Shown here: positions 9,068 to 18,009 of the stretch, one piece after another
How positions within the stretch are numbered: the first letter of the stretch is position 1
Layout: each line of letters opens with the position of its first letter
Virus record (IMG/VR): IMGVR_UViG_3300034082_003278
Coordinates: 1,107-65,106 of that record
Source of the DNA: a virus
Taxonomy: Duplodnaviria > Caudoviricetes
DNA length: 64,000 nt
Strand: one strand, 5' to 3'
The notes under the pieces: generated by a model
The model's input: only the letters and a program-made list of their open reading frames with translations
What the model was told of the DNA's origin: nothing
Databases searched by the model: none
Translations under genes and position numbers: made by a program

Positions 9068-9727
9068 ATGTTAGAAACAATATGCGACATAATGGTAGAC
9101 GCTTACAAGCGTAATTGGATTACCAGTCGTGATGGCAATGTCAGTATACGTCATCACGACCGTGATCACTTTTACATCACACCCAGCGGTGTCCGTAAAC
9201 AAACTCTACAGCCGGATCAGTTTAAAAAAATCAAAATTGAAAAATGGATTAACAGCGGAGTTGGCTCTGAGGCTTACAATTATTCGTGGCGTGATCTAGA
9301 GTACACCGACATAAGTAAAAATTTAATTCCCAGTGGAGAGATACCCTTACATTTTGGTCTGCAGAAAGAAATGGGACAGCACCGGGATGATGTTCGTGTA
9401 GTTGTACACGTTCATCCTACCTACTGCATTGCTGCCATGCATGCCGGGATAGATCTTAGCACTATTAGTAATGCATTTCCAGAACTCAATCGTTACACAC
9501 GAGTTGCACCCAACGTAGGTGATGTGCCTCCCATCAGTCAAGAACTTGCTGATCAAACTTTAGAAAAATTACAGATAGACAGACATGGAAACGTACCATT
9601 TGACATCGTTGGTATCAAGGGCCACGGTGTTGTTGCAATTGATACTAGTCCGTGGCGTGCTTACGAACATATTGAACGACTTGAACACATTTGCAAGATT
9701 GTGCTGGCGTCGGGTAATTATAAATGA
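9068..9727 (+). CDS. Class II aldolase/adducin family protein
   Basis: DGNVS, ITPSG, PSGE, HVHPTY and GHGVV metal-binding motifs. Confidence 0.9.
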   Translation: MLETICDIMVDAYKRNWITSRDGNVSIRHHDRDHFYITPSGVRKQTLQPDQFKKIKIEKWINSGVGSEAYNYSWRDLEYTDISKNLIPSGEIPLHFGLQKEMGQHRDDVRVVVHVHPTYCIAAMHAGIDLSTISNAFPELNRYTRVAPNVGDVPPISQELADQTLEKLQIDRHGNVPFDIVGIKGHGVVAIDTSPWRAYEHIERLEHICKIVLASGNYK

Positions 9728-9744
9728 GTAAAGAGAAAAAATAA

Positions 9745-10848
9745 ATGTCAAAACAGCAATATAATCTATACACAAAGACAGACTATCTAAATCGCAAGAT
9801 GTTTCTGGATCCAGCTGGTCCGGTCACTATTCAACGCTTTGAGGAAGTAAAGTACAATAAGATTGCCAACTTTGAAACCACAGCTCGTGGATTCTATTGG
9901 GTACCTGAAGAGATCAGTCTCACCAAGGATGCCGGCGACTTCAAGGATGCTAGTGATGCTGTTAAACACATCTTTACCAGCAATTTGTTACGACAGACAG
10001 CCTTGGACAGTTTACAAGGACGTGGCCCAGCACAGGTGTTTACACCTTGTGTGAGTTTGCCTGAGTTAGAAGCTCTAATGTATAACTGGAGCTTTTTTGA
10101 AACAAACATTCACAGTCGCAGCTACAGTCATATTATCCGCAACATCTACAACGTGCCCAAGGATGTGTTCAACACAATCCACGACACTGAAGAGATTGTT
10201 GGTATGGCAGCGAGTGTAGGCAAGTACTATGACGAGCTGCACAAGATCAATTGCTATAAAGAAATTGATCCGCAAATGGCTGGCGAAGATGCACACATTA
10301 AAGCAATTTGGTTGGCACTACATGCCAGCTATGCCTTAGAAGCATTCCGCTTTATGGTTTCATTTGCCACCAGTTTGGCTATGGTTGAAAATCGTATCTT
10401 TATCGGCAACGGCAACATCATCAGCCTGATCTTACAAGACGAACTGTTGCATAAAGGTTGGACAGCTTTCTTAATTAATCAAGTTGTTAAAGAAGACCCA
10501 CGCTTTGCTCGAGTCAAAGCCGAATGCGAAGCTGAAGTATATGAAATATACCGCGATGTTATTCGTGAGGAAAAAGAATGGGCAGTGTACCTATTTAAGA
10601 AAGGACCAGTGATTGGTCTCAATGCCAATATCTTAATGGACTTTGTGGACTACACTGCAGTAGACGCACTCAAACAGATCGGTATCAAGTATCAAGGCAC
10701 AGCACCACGCAGTACACCAATTCCTTGGTTCAACAAGCATACTGATATTCACAAGAAACAGTCAGCTCTGCAAGAAACTGAATCGACTAATTATGTGATT
10801 GGTGTTATGAGCGATGAGCTTGATTACAATCAGTTGCCAGCATTATAA
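9745..10848 (+). CDS. nrdB: Class Ia ribonucleotide reductase beta subunit
   Basis: WVPEEI, ETNIHSRSY, EAFRF, DELLH and QETESTNY motifs. Confidence 0.97.
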   Translation: MSKQQYNLYTKTDYLNRKMFLDPAGPVTIQRFEEVKYNKIANFETTARGFYWVPEEISLTKDAGDFKDASDAVKHIFTSNLLRQTALDSLQGRGPAQVFTPCVSLPELEALMYNWSFFETNIHSRSYSHIIRNIYNVPKDVFNTIHDTEEIVGMAASVGKYYDELHKINCYKEIDPQMAGEDAHIKAIWLALHASYALEAFRFMVSFATSLAMVENRIFIGNGNIISLILQDELLHKGWTAFLINQVVKEDPRFARVKAECEAEVYEIYRDVIREEKEWAVYLFKKGPVIGLNANILMDFVDYTAVDALKQIGIKYQGTAPRSTPIPWFNKHTDIHKKQSALQETESTNYVIGVMSDELDYNQLPAL

Positions 10849-10866
10849 TTATTGGAAAATTGTCGA

Positions 10867-12045
10867 ATGAAAATTGCAATAGTAGGTGCAGGTATTAGTG
10901 GAATTATGGCTGCTTACTATCTGGTTAAAGCTGGGCACAACATCACAGTCATTGATCAAGAAAGATATGCAGCCATGCGCACTAGTTATGCCAACGGCGG
11001 CCAAGTGTCTGTATCAAATAGCGAAGTTTGGAACACCTGGAGTAATGTAAAAAAGGGTGTCAAATGGATGTTGCGTAAAGACGCACCCTTGTTGGTCCGA
11101 CCCAAATTTGAATGGGACAAAATCAAATGGATGACCAAGTTTTTGTACCATACAGTTCGAGGTGATTATGCAACGAATACTGCAGCGACTATTTGCTTGG
11201 GACTCGAGTCACGCAAGTTATATCAAGACTTGATCAACAACGAAGGTATTGCAAACTTTGATCAAGCCAAGTGCGGAATCTTGCATTTTTACAAAGATCA
11301 ACAATACTTTGATGCAGCCATACAAGCAAAAGACTTGTACGAATCAAACGGGTGCGAATGGAGTATCATGGACGCTCAAACTGTTGCTGCTACTGACCCT
11401 ATGCTCATGGCCAGTGGTGTTGTAGGTGGTGCCTGGACTGCCGGTGACTGGGTTGGCGACATGCATAAATTTTGTCATCAGTTGTGCGAGGTATTAAATG
11501 AAAAATATGGTGTTGAATTTCATTATAACTACAAATTAAACGACTTAGAATCTCTGACAATACAGTATGACGCAGTGGTAGTATCAGCCGGAGTTGGTTC
11601 AGTTCATTTGGCCAGCAGCATCGGCGATGTATTACCTATCTATCCTATCAAAGGCTACAGTATCACTATCAACAATGTTGATCCAGAATTGTTGCCTCGT
11701 ACCAGTTTGTTAGATGATCAAGCTAAAATAGTAGCCTCGCCTTTGGGCAATAGACTGCGTGTGGCCGGCACTGCGGAACTTACAGGTGAGAACTATGACA
11801 TACGCAGAGACAGAATCGAACCTTTGTTGAATTGGGTACATGAAAATTTACCACAAATCAACACAGATGATTATCAATCTTGGGCATGTCTGCGTCCAAT
11901 GACCCCCGACATGATGCCCATAATACAACAAAGTCAAACAGACTCGCGAGTGTTTTATCATACTGGTCACGGTCATTTGGGATGGACAGTTAGCCCCGCA
12001 ACAGCAAAACAGTTGACACACTTGATAGAAACTGCTATAATCTAA
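10867..12045 (+). CDS. dadA: D-amino acid dehydrogenase (DadA-like FAD oxidoreductase)
   Basis: GAGISG, TSYANGGQ, KGYSIT, LRVAGTAE, LRPMTPD and GHGHLGWT motifs. Confidence 0.88.
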   Translation: MKIAIVGAGISGIMAAYYLVKAGHNITVIDQERYAAMRTSYANGGQVSVSNSEVWNTWSNVKKGVKWMLRKDAPLLVRPKFEWDKIKWMTKFLYHTVRGDYATNTAATICLGLESRKLYQDLINNEGIANFDQAKCGILHFYKDQQYFDAAIQAKDLYESNGCEWSIMDAQTVAATDPMLMASGVVGGAWTAGDWVGDMHKFCHQLCEVLNEKYGVEFHYNYKLNDLESLTIQYDAVVVSAGVGSVHLASSIGDVLPIYPIKGYSITINNVDPELLPRTSLLDDQAKIVASPLGNRLRVAGTAELTGENYDIRRDRIEPLLNWVHENLPQINTDDYQSWACLRPMTPDMMPIIQQSQTDSRVFYHTGHGHLGWTVSPATAKQLTHLIETAII

Positions 12046-12059
12046 ACTAGGAAATTGAT

Positions 12060-12302
12060 ATGTTAACAATATACACAAAAGATAATTGTCCGTTTTGCGA
12101 TCGAGCAAAAGCACTAATTGAAAGCAAAGGAATTGAATATACTACCATCAATGTAGGTATTCGTACCGAAGCCCGTGAATTTTTAGTGGATCAAGGTTTG
12201 CGCAGTGTGCCACAAATTTTCAATGGCGACGCATTATTGCAAGGCGGATATCAGGGTTTGGCATCACAACCTGAAGAATTTTGGACACAACTTAAAGGAT
12301 AA
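12060..12302 (+). CDS. Glutaredoxin
   Basis: CPFC, SVPQIF and GGY motifs. Confidence 0.93.
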   Translation: MLTIYTKDNCPFCDRAKALIESKGIEYTTINVGIRTEAREFLVDQGLRSVPQIFNGDALLQGGYQGLASQPEEFWTQLKG

Positions 12303-12304
12303 TA

Positions 12305-12607
12305 ATGAACATTGAAAAAGACGAGATTTTGACATTTAAACTGATCACCGGCGAAGAAGTTGTTGCCAAGGTTGTCAGCGTGGTTGATGGTATGATTGTG
12401 ATCAAGCAGCCGGTTACTTTAGTACCAGGACAGCAAGGACTCCAAATGATGCCCAGCTTGTTCAGTGCCAATTTGGATCGCGATGTCTTGTTGTACGCAT
12501 CTGGCATTTTAATGACCACAGAAGTGCGTGAAGATGTCAGAGCTGGCTATATCAAAGCAACAACCGGCATTGATGTGCCGGCTAAAAAGTCTATCATTAC
12601 AGGATAA
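12305..12607 (+). CDS. Small Sm-like-fold phage protein
   Basis: FKLITGEEVVAKV pattern, common in T4-like phages. Confidence 0.6.
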   Translation: MNIEKDEILTFKLITGEEVVAKVVSVVDGMIVIKQPVTLVPGQQGLQMMPSLFSANLDRDVLLYASGILMTTEVREDVRAGYIKATTGIDVPAKKSIITG

Positions 12608-12608
12608 C

Positions 12609-12632
12609 AAAAAGCCCCTAAGGGGCTTTTTT
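12609..12632. terminator. Bidirectional intrinsic terminator
   Basis: AAAAAGCCCC-TAA-GGGGCTTTTTT between convergent genes. Confidence 0.9.
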
Positions 12633-12633
12633 A

Positions 12634-13383
12634 TTATTTCTTAACAAACAAGAAAAACAATCGGTCTTGGTCTTTCTTCATCAACTCTAATGTAAGTCCG
12701 TGTGTTTTGGCCAGTTCGTGGGCTACTTCAAAACTCCAGGGAAATATTTCCACCCACGGACCTTTGTTGGGAGTTTTAACTCCGTCGTGATCTAGCCCGG
12801 GATTGGCCCTCATCCACAGTTTACCTCCTGGCTTCAGCAATTCAACAGTCTTTCGAAATCTAATTTCAATGTCATCGCGACTGTTGAAATTGATACTGCC
12901 CAATGCAATGACATGGTCAAATGATTCTGGTTCTACATTGTAGTCAAGAATATCAATCATGAAGTCTGCACAATTGTTATAAGGATCAATACCTACTAGA
13001 TTGGGAATCCTTTCTTTAAATGGATTGTATCCGCAGCCTACATCTAGTACTTTAGCAGGCTTGGTCTTGTTGATTTCGTCAGCGATTCTCCAGCCGGTCC
13101 AGTGATACATGTCGGTTCTGGGTTTCCATGCTTCACCAAAAAACCAAGCCAGGTATTGATCGTCGGTGCGATCGACCAGCTGTGCAACAGTGCCTGCAAC
13201 ATCAATTGCGACCCCAAACGTGCCTTCGAGGTCTGATTTGAATTTTTGCTTTTTCACAGGAGTCCACGGCAGAGAATCTAATAATGTGTCTGCCTCTAGC
13301 GATTGTCTAATTGCACTGTGTTTGGGTAAATTCCAAGTTTCGTGTAATTTTTTTACAATATGATTAAAAATTTTGCTATTCAT
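12634..13383 (-). CDS. Class I SAM-dependent methyltransferase with N-terminal ACP-like domain
   Basis: VLDVGCG, GID, FDHVIA and LKPGG motifs. The N-terminus contains LEGTFGVAI..TVAQLVD. Confidence 0.85.
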   Translation of the reverse strand: MNSKIFNHIVKKLHETWNLPKHSAIRQSLEADTLLDSLPWTPVKKQKFKSDLEGTFGVAIDVAGTVAQLVDRTDDQYLAWFFGEAWKPRTDMYHWTGWRIADEINKTKPAKVLDVGCGYNPFKERIPNLVGIDPYNNCADFMIDILDYNVEPESFDHVIALGSINFNSRDDIEIRFRKTVELLKPGGKLWMRANPGLDHDGVKTPNKGPWVEIFPWSFEVAHELAKTHGLTLELMKKDQDRLFFLFVKK

Positions 13384-13487
13384 AGATTTTTTATAAAAAA
13401 GGTAAATAAATTTACAAGACAGCAAAAAATTTTGTGTCTGTGACAATATCTAACTATATATATCATAAATCTTGACAAGGAAAAATA

Positions 13488-14477
13488 ATGAAAAACTTTT
13501 TATCTGCTCTCCTGTTGGCAGCGGCAGCAATCGTACCATTTGCTGCTGCAGCTTGGGAACCCATCAAGCCAGTCACAGTGTATGTAGGCAATACTCCCGG
13601 GGCCGGCAACGAACTTGCATTTAGAAAATTAGCCGAATTGGTTCAACGCAATAATCCCAAATTTGTATATGTAGTACAAAACATTCCAGGTGCTGACAGT
13701 GTTATAGCACAGAACAGATTTCTTGATGCTGCACCAGATGGATACACTGCCAATTTGCCCAGCCATATGAGCACGTATGTCACCAACGATATATGGCAAA
13801 AAGATATTAAAAAGTTCAAATACAATGATTTTACTGATGTGCTGACCATGGGCAAAAGTCCACTGGTGTTGGTTGCCAGTCCTCGCAGTATGATAAACAC
13901 TCCTGAAGATTTTATAACACTGATCTCGACTACTAAAAAACCCATCAGTATTGCAACAGGTGGCGGTGCTCATAGAACTGCATTTGAATATCTCATGTAC
14001 CGTGGGCAGGGAAACAAAGATCTGGTCAGGCCCATCAGATTCAATGGACCGTTGCCAACTGTTACCAGTGTGGCTGCATTTGATGGCAAATCTGGCACTG
14101 AATTTGGAATCATGCCAATTGCAGTTGCCAAGCCGTTGCTGGACGCGGGTAGAGTAAAAGCCATTGGATTTACTGGCAATAGAAAAATGGATCAATATCC
14201 CAAGATACCTTTATTAAATACTGTTGCTCCTGGTATCAATGTATATGCTGCTTGGTCCTTGCAGTTGCCACCTAACACCCCCGGTGACATTGTTGATTGG
14301 TATCAACGCGAGTTCTCTAAAGCAGTGCGTTCTGCAGAATACAAAGAATGGATGGAAAATCAAGTTGTATTTTATGAAGAATCAGAGTTAAAACCAGAAG
14401 GATTACGCAAACACATGAACGAATTGAGAGCCACATTTATACCTGTGTTAGAAACTATTGATTTGACCAAAGAATGA
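13488..14477 (+). CDS. Bug/TctC tripartite tricarboxylate transporter substrate-binding protein
   Basis: Signal peptide, WEPIKPVT..PG.G, VVQNIPGA, APDGYT and LDAGRVKAIG motifs. Confidence 0.88.
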   Translation: MKNFLSALLLAAAAIVPFAAAAWEPIKPVTVYVGNTPGAGNELAFRKLAELVQRNNPKFVYVVQNIPGADSVIAQNRFLDAAPDGYTANLPSHMSTYVTNDIWQKDIKKFKYNDFTDVLTMGKSPLVLVASPRSMINTPEDFITLISTTKKPISIATGGGAHRTAFEYLMYRGQGNKDLVRPIRFNGPLPTVTSVAAFDGKSGTEFGIMPIAVAKPLLDAGRVKAIGFTGNRKMDQYPKIPLLNTVAPGINVYAAWSLQLPPNTPGDIVDWYQREFSKAVRSAEYKEWMENQVVFYEESELKPEGLRKHMNELRATFIPVLETIDLTKE

Positions 14478-15094
14478 AATACATCTTTATGGCAGGCGCT
14501 CCTGGATCCAAATGGTCCAGTGTGAGCAAGAACATTTATTTCAGCCCCGACATTGATCGCACAGATTCTTCGTCTGCACGTGAGTATTGGCACAGTGCCT
14601 GGGGAGAACCTTTGTTGATGCACATGGGTGCATATTTTGATCCTGGCATGGAGTTCGGCGACCATTTTGATCGGTTGGATCAATATAGTCGTGAAGAAAA
14701 CGAACAAGAGTTTGATAGACCGTTTTCTGGAACAGGTGTACGCATCATCAAGAGTCATGTATTTTCACATCACATTGACTATCTAAAGCAGACATGGCCC
14801 GACTGCCCTGTAGTGTTAGTAGAGCGAGACGACGATGCTTGCCTAGGGTGGTGGGTCAAATGCGGTCACTTTGGTATTACCTATCCTGACTATGCTGAAT
14901 ACTATCAAAATCTTCCTGTAATGGCTCGTCGCATCTATAATCAAAATCAAGACATACGCTTGGCACGTGAGAGATATTCAGGAAAAACAATCAATTCCAA
15001 TGTAGTATTGGCAGCTCGTCTATACATTGCTACACCGCCGGAAGAGTATTTTCAAAGGTACGCCGAATATGATATCAAGGTAACATTAATATGA
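14474..15094 (+). CDS. P-loop/sulfotransferase-like protein
   Basis: IFMAGAPGSKWS N-terminus and IIKSH..(W)PDCPVVLVERD pattern of sulfotransferase folds; ATGA-coupled. Confidence 0.55.
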   Translation: MKYIFMAGAPGSKWSSVSKNIYFSPDIDRTDSSSAREYWHSAWGEPLLMHMGAYFDPGMEFGDHFDRLDQYSREENEQEFDRPFSGTGVRIIKSHVFSHHIDYLKQTWPDCPVVLVERDDDACLGWWVKCGHFGITYPDYAEYYQNLPVMARRIYNQNQDIRLARERYSGKTINSNVVLAARLYIATPPEEYFQRYAEYDIKVTLI

Positions 15095-15747
15095 AAAGTT
15101 CATGGGACTACACAAAAGCTCAAAGTCAGTATCATTTTGATTCAACCATAATGGATCCGGCATACGATACAGTTATTAGACTGGGTCGTATTTCTCCTAC
15201 GTGGGATACAGATCTTGCTGATATTGTCAGCAAATCAAAACCGGCAACATGGGCCACTAGAGGATACAAGGGAGAAGGTGTCGAAGTTCCGTCTGCAGAT
15301 CTCGAAGCCGAACGGCACGATATCGAGCGTGTCGGTGCAGATCCCGACATGATCATCACGCACTTGAACTGGGTTATCCCCGATAGCTTACAAAAGATCA
15401 GTGATCTTTTTGGCTTAGATGATTGCATGAACCGCATACATGTACAACGACCTGGGGAAGTTTGGAATTTACACATAGATAAATTACAGAAATGGTGCCC
15501 GGAAGACCCCAGCCGTATCATGCGTATTATGATTCAATTAACTGACTGGCAACCTGGTCAATTCTGGGCATACGGCAACTATCATTATAATCAATGGCGT
15601 GCCGGTGATGTAACTACCTTCGACTGGGCAAATGTACCACACAGCACAGCCAATACCGGGCACTATCCACGTGTGACATTTCAGATAACTGGTGTACGCA
15701 CAGCCACGACAGACAAATTCCTCGAAGAATTGCAAAATTTACATTAA
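15091..15747 (+). CDS. 2OG-Fe(II) dioxygenase / Asp-Asn beta-hydroxylase-like protein
   Basis: PG...LHID, WRAGD, PHSTAN.G..PRVTFQITG (HxD...H). Confidence 0.75.
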   Translation: MKSSWDYTKAQSQYHFDSTIMDPAYDTVIRLGRISPTWDTDLADIVSKSKPATWATRGYKGEGVEVPSADLEAERHDIERVGADPDMIITHLNWVIPDSLQKISDLFGLDDCMNRIHVQRPGEVWNLHIDKLQKWCPEDPSRIMRIMIQLTDWQPGQFWAYGNYHYNQWRAGDVTTFDWANVPHSTANTGHYPRVTFQITGVRTATTDKFLEELQNLH

Positions 15748-16863
15748 ACAATTTTGTCGAATGAATGTTTCCACCAGGTTAGGATTGTTGCAATCTAAAC
15801 AGGTGCCGTCGGACAGCAACACCATGTCGGCATCTATTCTTATTAAATGCTTGGGCGATCCCAGTTTGGATTTATAATTTAGATAATACGTGTCTTGATT
15901 TAGCTCGTAGATATACTGCTTTGCTGGCATCTTGTACAAATCATGCCTATCTGGTTTTATTGACTTGGGTCTGTCAGACAAGCTCCACAATTGATATTCG
16001 TCGCAATTGAACCACGGCATATAATTTTGTTTATATTGATTGTAGTTTGCAGTGTTTTTGATTGGAAATTGATTGTACCATATCAGCAGATGTTCTACCC
16101 AATGAAAATTAAAGTTAATCCACCAAAATAAATCGCCTATAGTAACAACTTCTATTCCTGCTTCGTGAATGTTTTGTGTCAATGAATCGTAGTACTCGAC
16201 TGCTTGTTCTTTTGACATGTAGTTAGTTAGAAATTCAATAAACTTGCCACTGGTTTCTCTAAGAGATTTTTCCAAAGAACCAGCGCCGTACACTAATTCA
16301 AACTCAATAGCAATATTGACTATCCACAACTTATCTGCTGGTTCCCCATCAGTTACAATATATTTGTCAAATACAGATTGTATGTCTTTGTTAGAAAAGT
16401 TTTTGAAATTTATAGTTTTTAATTGATATTGTTCTATCACTGAGTGATAAAATATTGGATTTTCAAAGTAACTCTGATTGTTAGCAAAGATTGTGATATT
16501 TTTTAGATCTGCTGTATCAAAATGTTTTATTATAGCCGATAATGCCAGGGTACTATCTATTCCGCCTGACCAAAAAATAGCCAGTGGCAGATTTCTTTGC
16601 TGCATTGTTTTTTTAATTTCGATAGCTCTAGCGTCAGTTACTTCGCTAAAACTTTTGTTAAAACATTGCATCAATGGAGGACACGATACATAATCTGGAT
16701 CATGATAAAAATTCCAAATCTTCGTTTTTCCGTATCTGGCACTGGAGATTGATTCACATCCTGGCCAGAATTTTTGGTCAGCTAACAAAAATGTTTTCAG
16801 GCGTGCTTGTAGATCAATCGGTAACAAATTATAAAAATCGAAAGAAATTCGCAAAGGCTTCAT
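15739..16863 (-). CDS. PP-loop ATPase, asparagine-synthase-like
   Basis: WSGGIDST PP-loop and TDGEPADKL (compare GEGADELF); AT-rich. Confidence 0.65.
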   Translation of the reverse strand: MKPLRISFDFYNLLPIDLQARLKTFLLADQKFWPGCESISSARYGKTKIWNFYHDPDYVSCPPLMQCFNKSFSEVTDARAIEIKKTMQQRNLPLAIFWSGGIDSTLALSAIIKHFDTADLKNITIFANNQSYFENPIFYHSVIEQYQLKTINFKNFSNKDIQSVFDKYIVTDGEPADKLWIVNIAIEFELVYGAGSLEKSLRETSGKFIEFLTNYMSKEQAVEYYDSLTQNIHEAGIEVVTIGDLFWWINFNFHWVEHLLIWYNQFPIKNTANYNQYKQNYMPWFNCDEYQLWSLSDRPKSIKPDRHDLYKMPAKQYIYELNQDTYYLNYKSKLGSPKHLIRIDADMVLLSDGTCLDCNNPNLVETFIRQNCLM

Positions 16864-17435
16864 AACAAGGTCTCGGCTATCTTACACAGTGGTTCAATTT
16901 TTTTCTTGGCAGAATTGTATTCGTTGTTTAGATAAATTGTTTGATTGCATATCATTTCTATTTCTTTTATCTGCGTAAACTCGTCAAACGGCAACTTGAT
17001 CAGATTAGAAAAAATTCTATATTGACAATTTTTAGAAAATTTAAAAAGTTTTAAAACATAATGTGCCAAGAAAGCAAAATTTTGAATTTCAACAAGATCT
17101 TTGTTGGGTTTTGATATCAAGTCCCCACATGTGTCAAGCAAGAAATTTTTTTTAGTTATTGGAAAATTAAATTTTGAATCTAGTGATCCAGCGGGCCAGT
17201 TGGTGATACTCCACTGGGAACAGCAAATGTTGTCTATTAAATCGATTTGAAAATTTGGAGCGAAGTGTAACGGAACAATCAACAGTCTGATTTTACTAGA
17301 CAATAAAAACACTGCATGTTCAAACCATTGATAATCGTCGTCTACGCATACCAGTCTATCAACTACAGGACTGTACAATCCATACTGAACAGGCTTTCCG
17401 CAGCCCCAGAAAAAATACGTTTGGTCTAGTGTCAT
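16860..17435 (-). CDS. Hypothetical protein, AT-rich, coupled to the PP-loop gene
   Basis: 191-aa ORF with ATGA overlap to 16863 and an upstream late promoter. Confidence 0.6.
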   Translation of the reverse strand: MTLDQTYFFWGCGKPVQYGLYSPVVDRLVCVDDDYQWFEHAVFLLSSKIRLLIVPLHFAPNFQIDLIDNICCSQWSITNWPAGSLDSKFNFPITKKNFLLDTCGDLISKPNKDLVEIQNFAFLAHYVLKLFKFSKNCQYRIFSNLIKLPFDEFTQIKEIEMICNQTIYLNNEYNSAKKKIEPLCKIAETLL

Positions 17436-17457
17436 TGAGTTTGATAATGTTGTCAGA

Positions 17458-17463
17458 TATTTA
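17458..17463 (-). promoter_or_regulatory. Late promoter TAAATA (minus strand)
   Basis: Reads TATTTA on +; lies upstream of 17435(-). Confidence 0.5.
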
Positions 17464-17516
17464 TTGAGTGCTTTGTTGACACAATAATTTTAAAAATTCG
17501 GGTATTTTTTTCCAAA

Positions 17517-17522
17517 TAAATA
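17517..17522 (+). promoter_or_regulatory. Late promoter TAAATA, leaderless geometry
   Basis: TAAATA-CTTGAT-ATG ahead of the PAAR operon. Confidence 0.65.
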
Positions 17523-17528
17523 CTTGAT

Positions 17529-17744
17529 ATGGCTCACAGATTTGTTGTCGTAATCAATGGTTTACTGCATACGTTTACGGACTTTGCAGCGATACCTGCA
17601 GAGATCGATCATGTGATTGAATTTGTACCAGAGATTCCGCCTGAGCCGCATACTGATGAACAGCACCGGGAAATTGATGCCTGGGGTGAGCGTTTTAGTA
17701 CTTTATTAGAGAGAGAATATGCCAGCAGTGTCAAGAAAGGGTGA
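17529..17744 (+). CDS. Small PAAR-associated phage protein
   Basis: DHVIEFVPEIPPEPHTDEQH; directly precedes PAAR. Confidence 0.7.
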   Translation: MAHRFVVVINGLLHTFTDFAAIPAEIDHVIEFVPEIPPEPHTDEQHREIDAWGERFSTLLEREYASSVKKG

Positions 17745-18006
17745 TGCAGGACTAGTTCATTGCAGCGGTTACACTATTGCACAAGGCTCGCCGGATGTGC
17801 GTGTAAATGGCCGTCCAGTTGCTAGAGATGGTGATCTCAGCGACACACACAAAAAACCAGGTGGTAAAAAATGCAGTATACACGCTGCTCCGATTCAAGC
17901 CAGCAGGTCAGTGCGTGTAAATGGTCGCCCTATTGCTTGCGTGGGTGATGCGTTGTCGGGTTGCACTCGAATTGCACAAGGCAGCGGCGATGTCTTTGCA
18001 GGATAA
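17719..18006 (+). CDS. PAAR tail-tip spike protein
   Basis: MPAVSRKGD, VRVNGRPVARDGD, VRVNGRPIACVGD and GSGDVFAG. Confidence 0.93.
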   Translation: MPAVSRKGDAGLVHCSGYTIAQGSPDVRVNGRPVARDGDLSDTHKKPGGKKCSIHAAPIQASRSVRVNGRPIACVGDALSGCTRIAQGSGDVFAG

Positions 18007-18009
18007 CAC

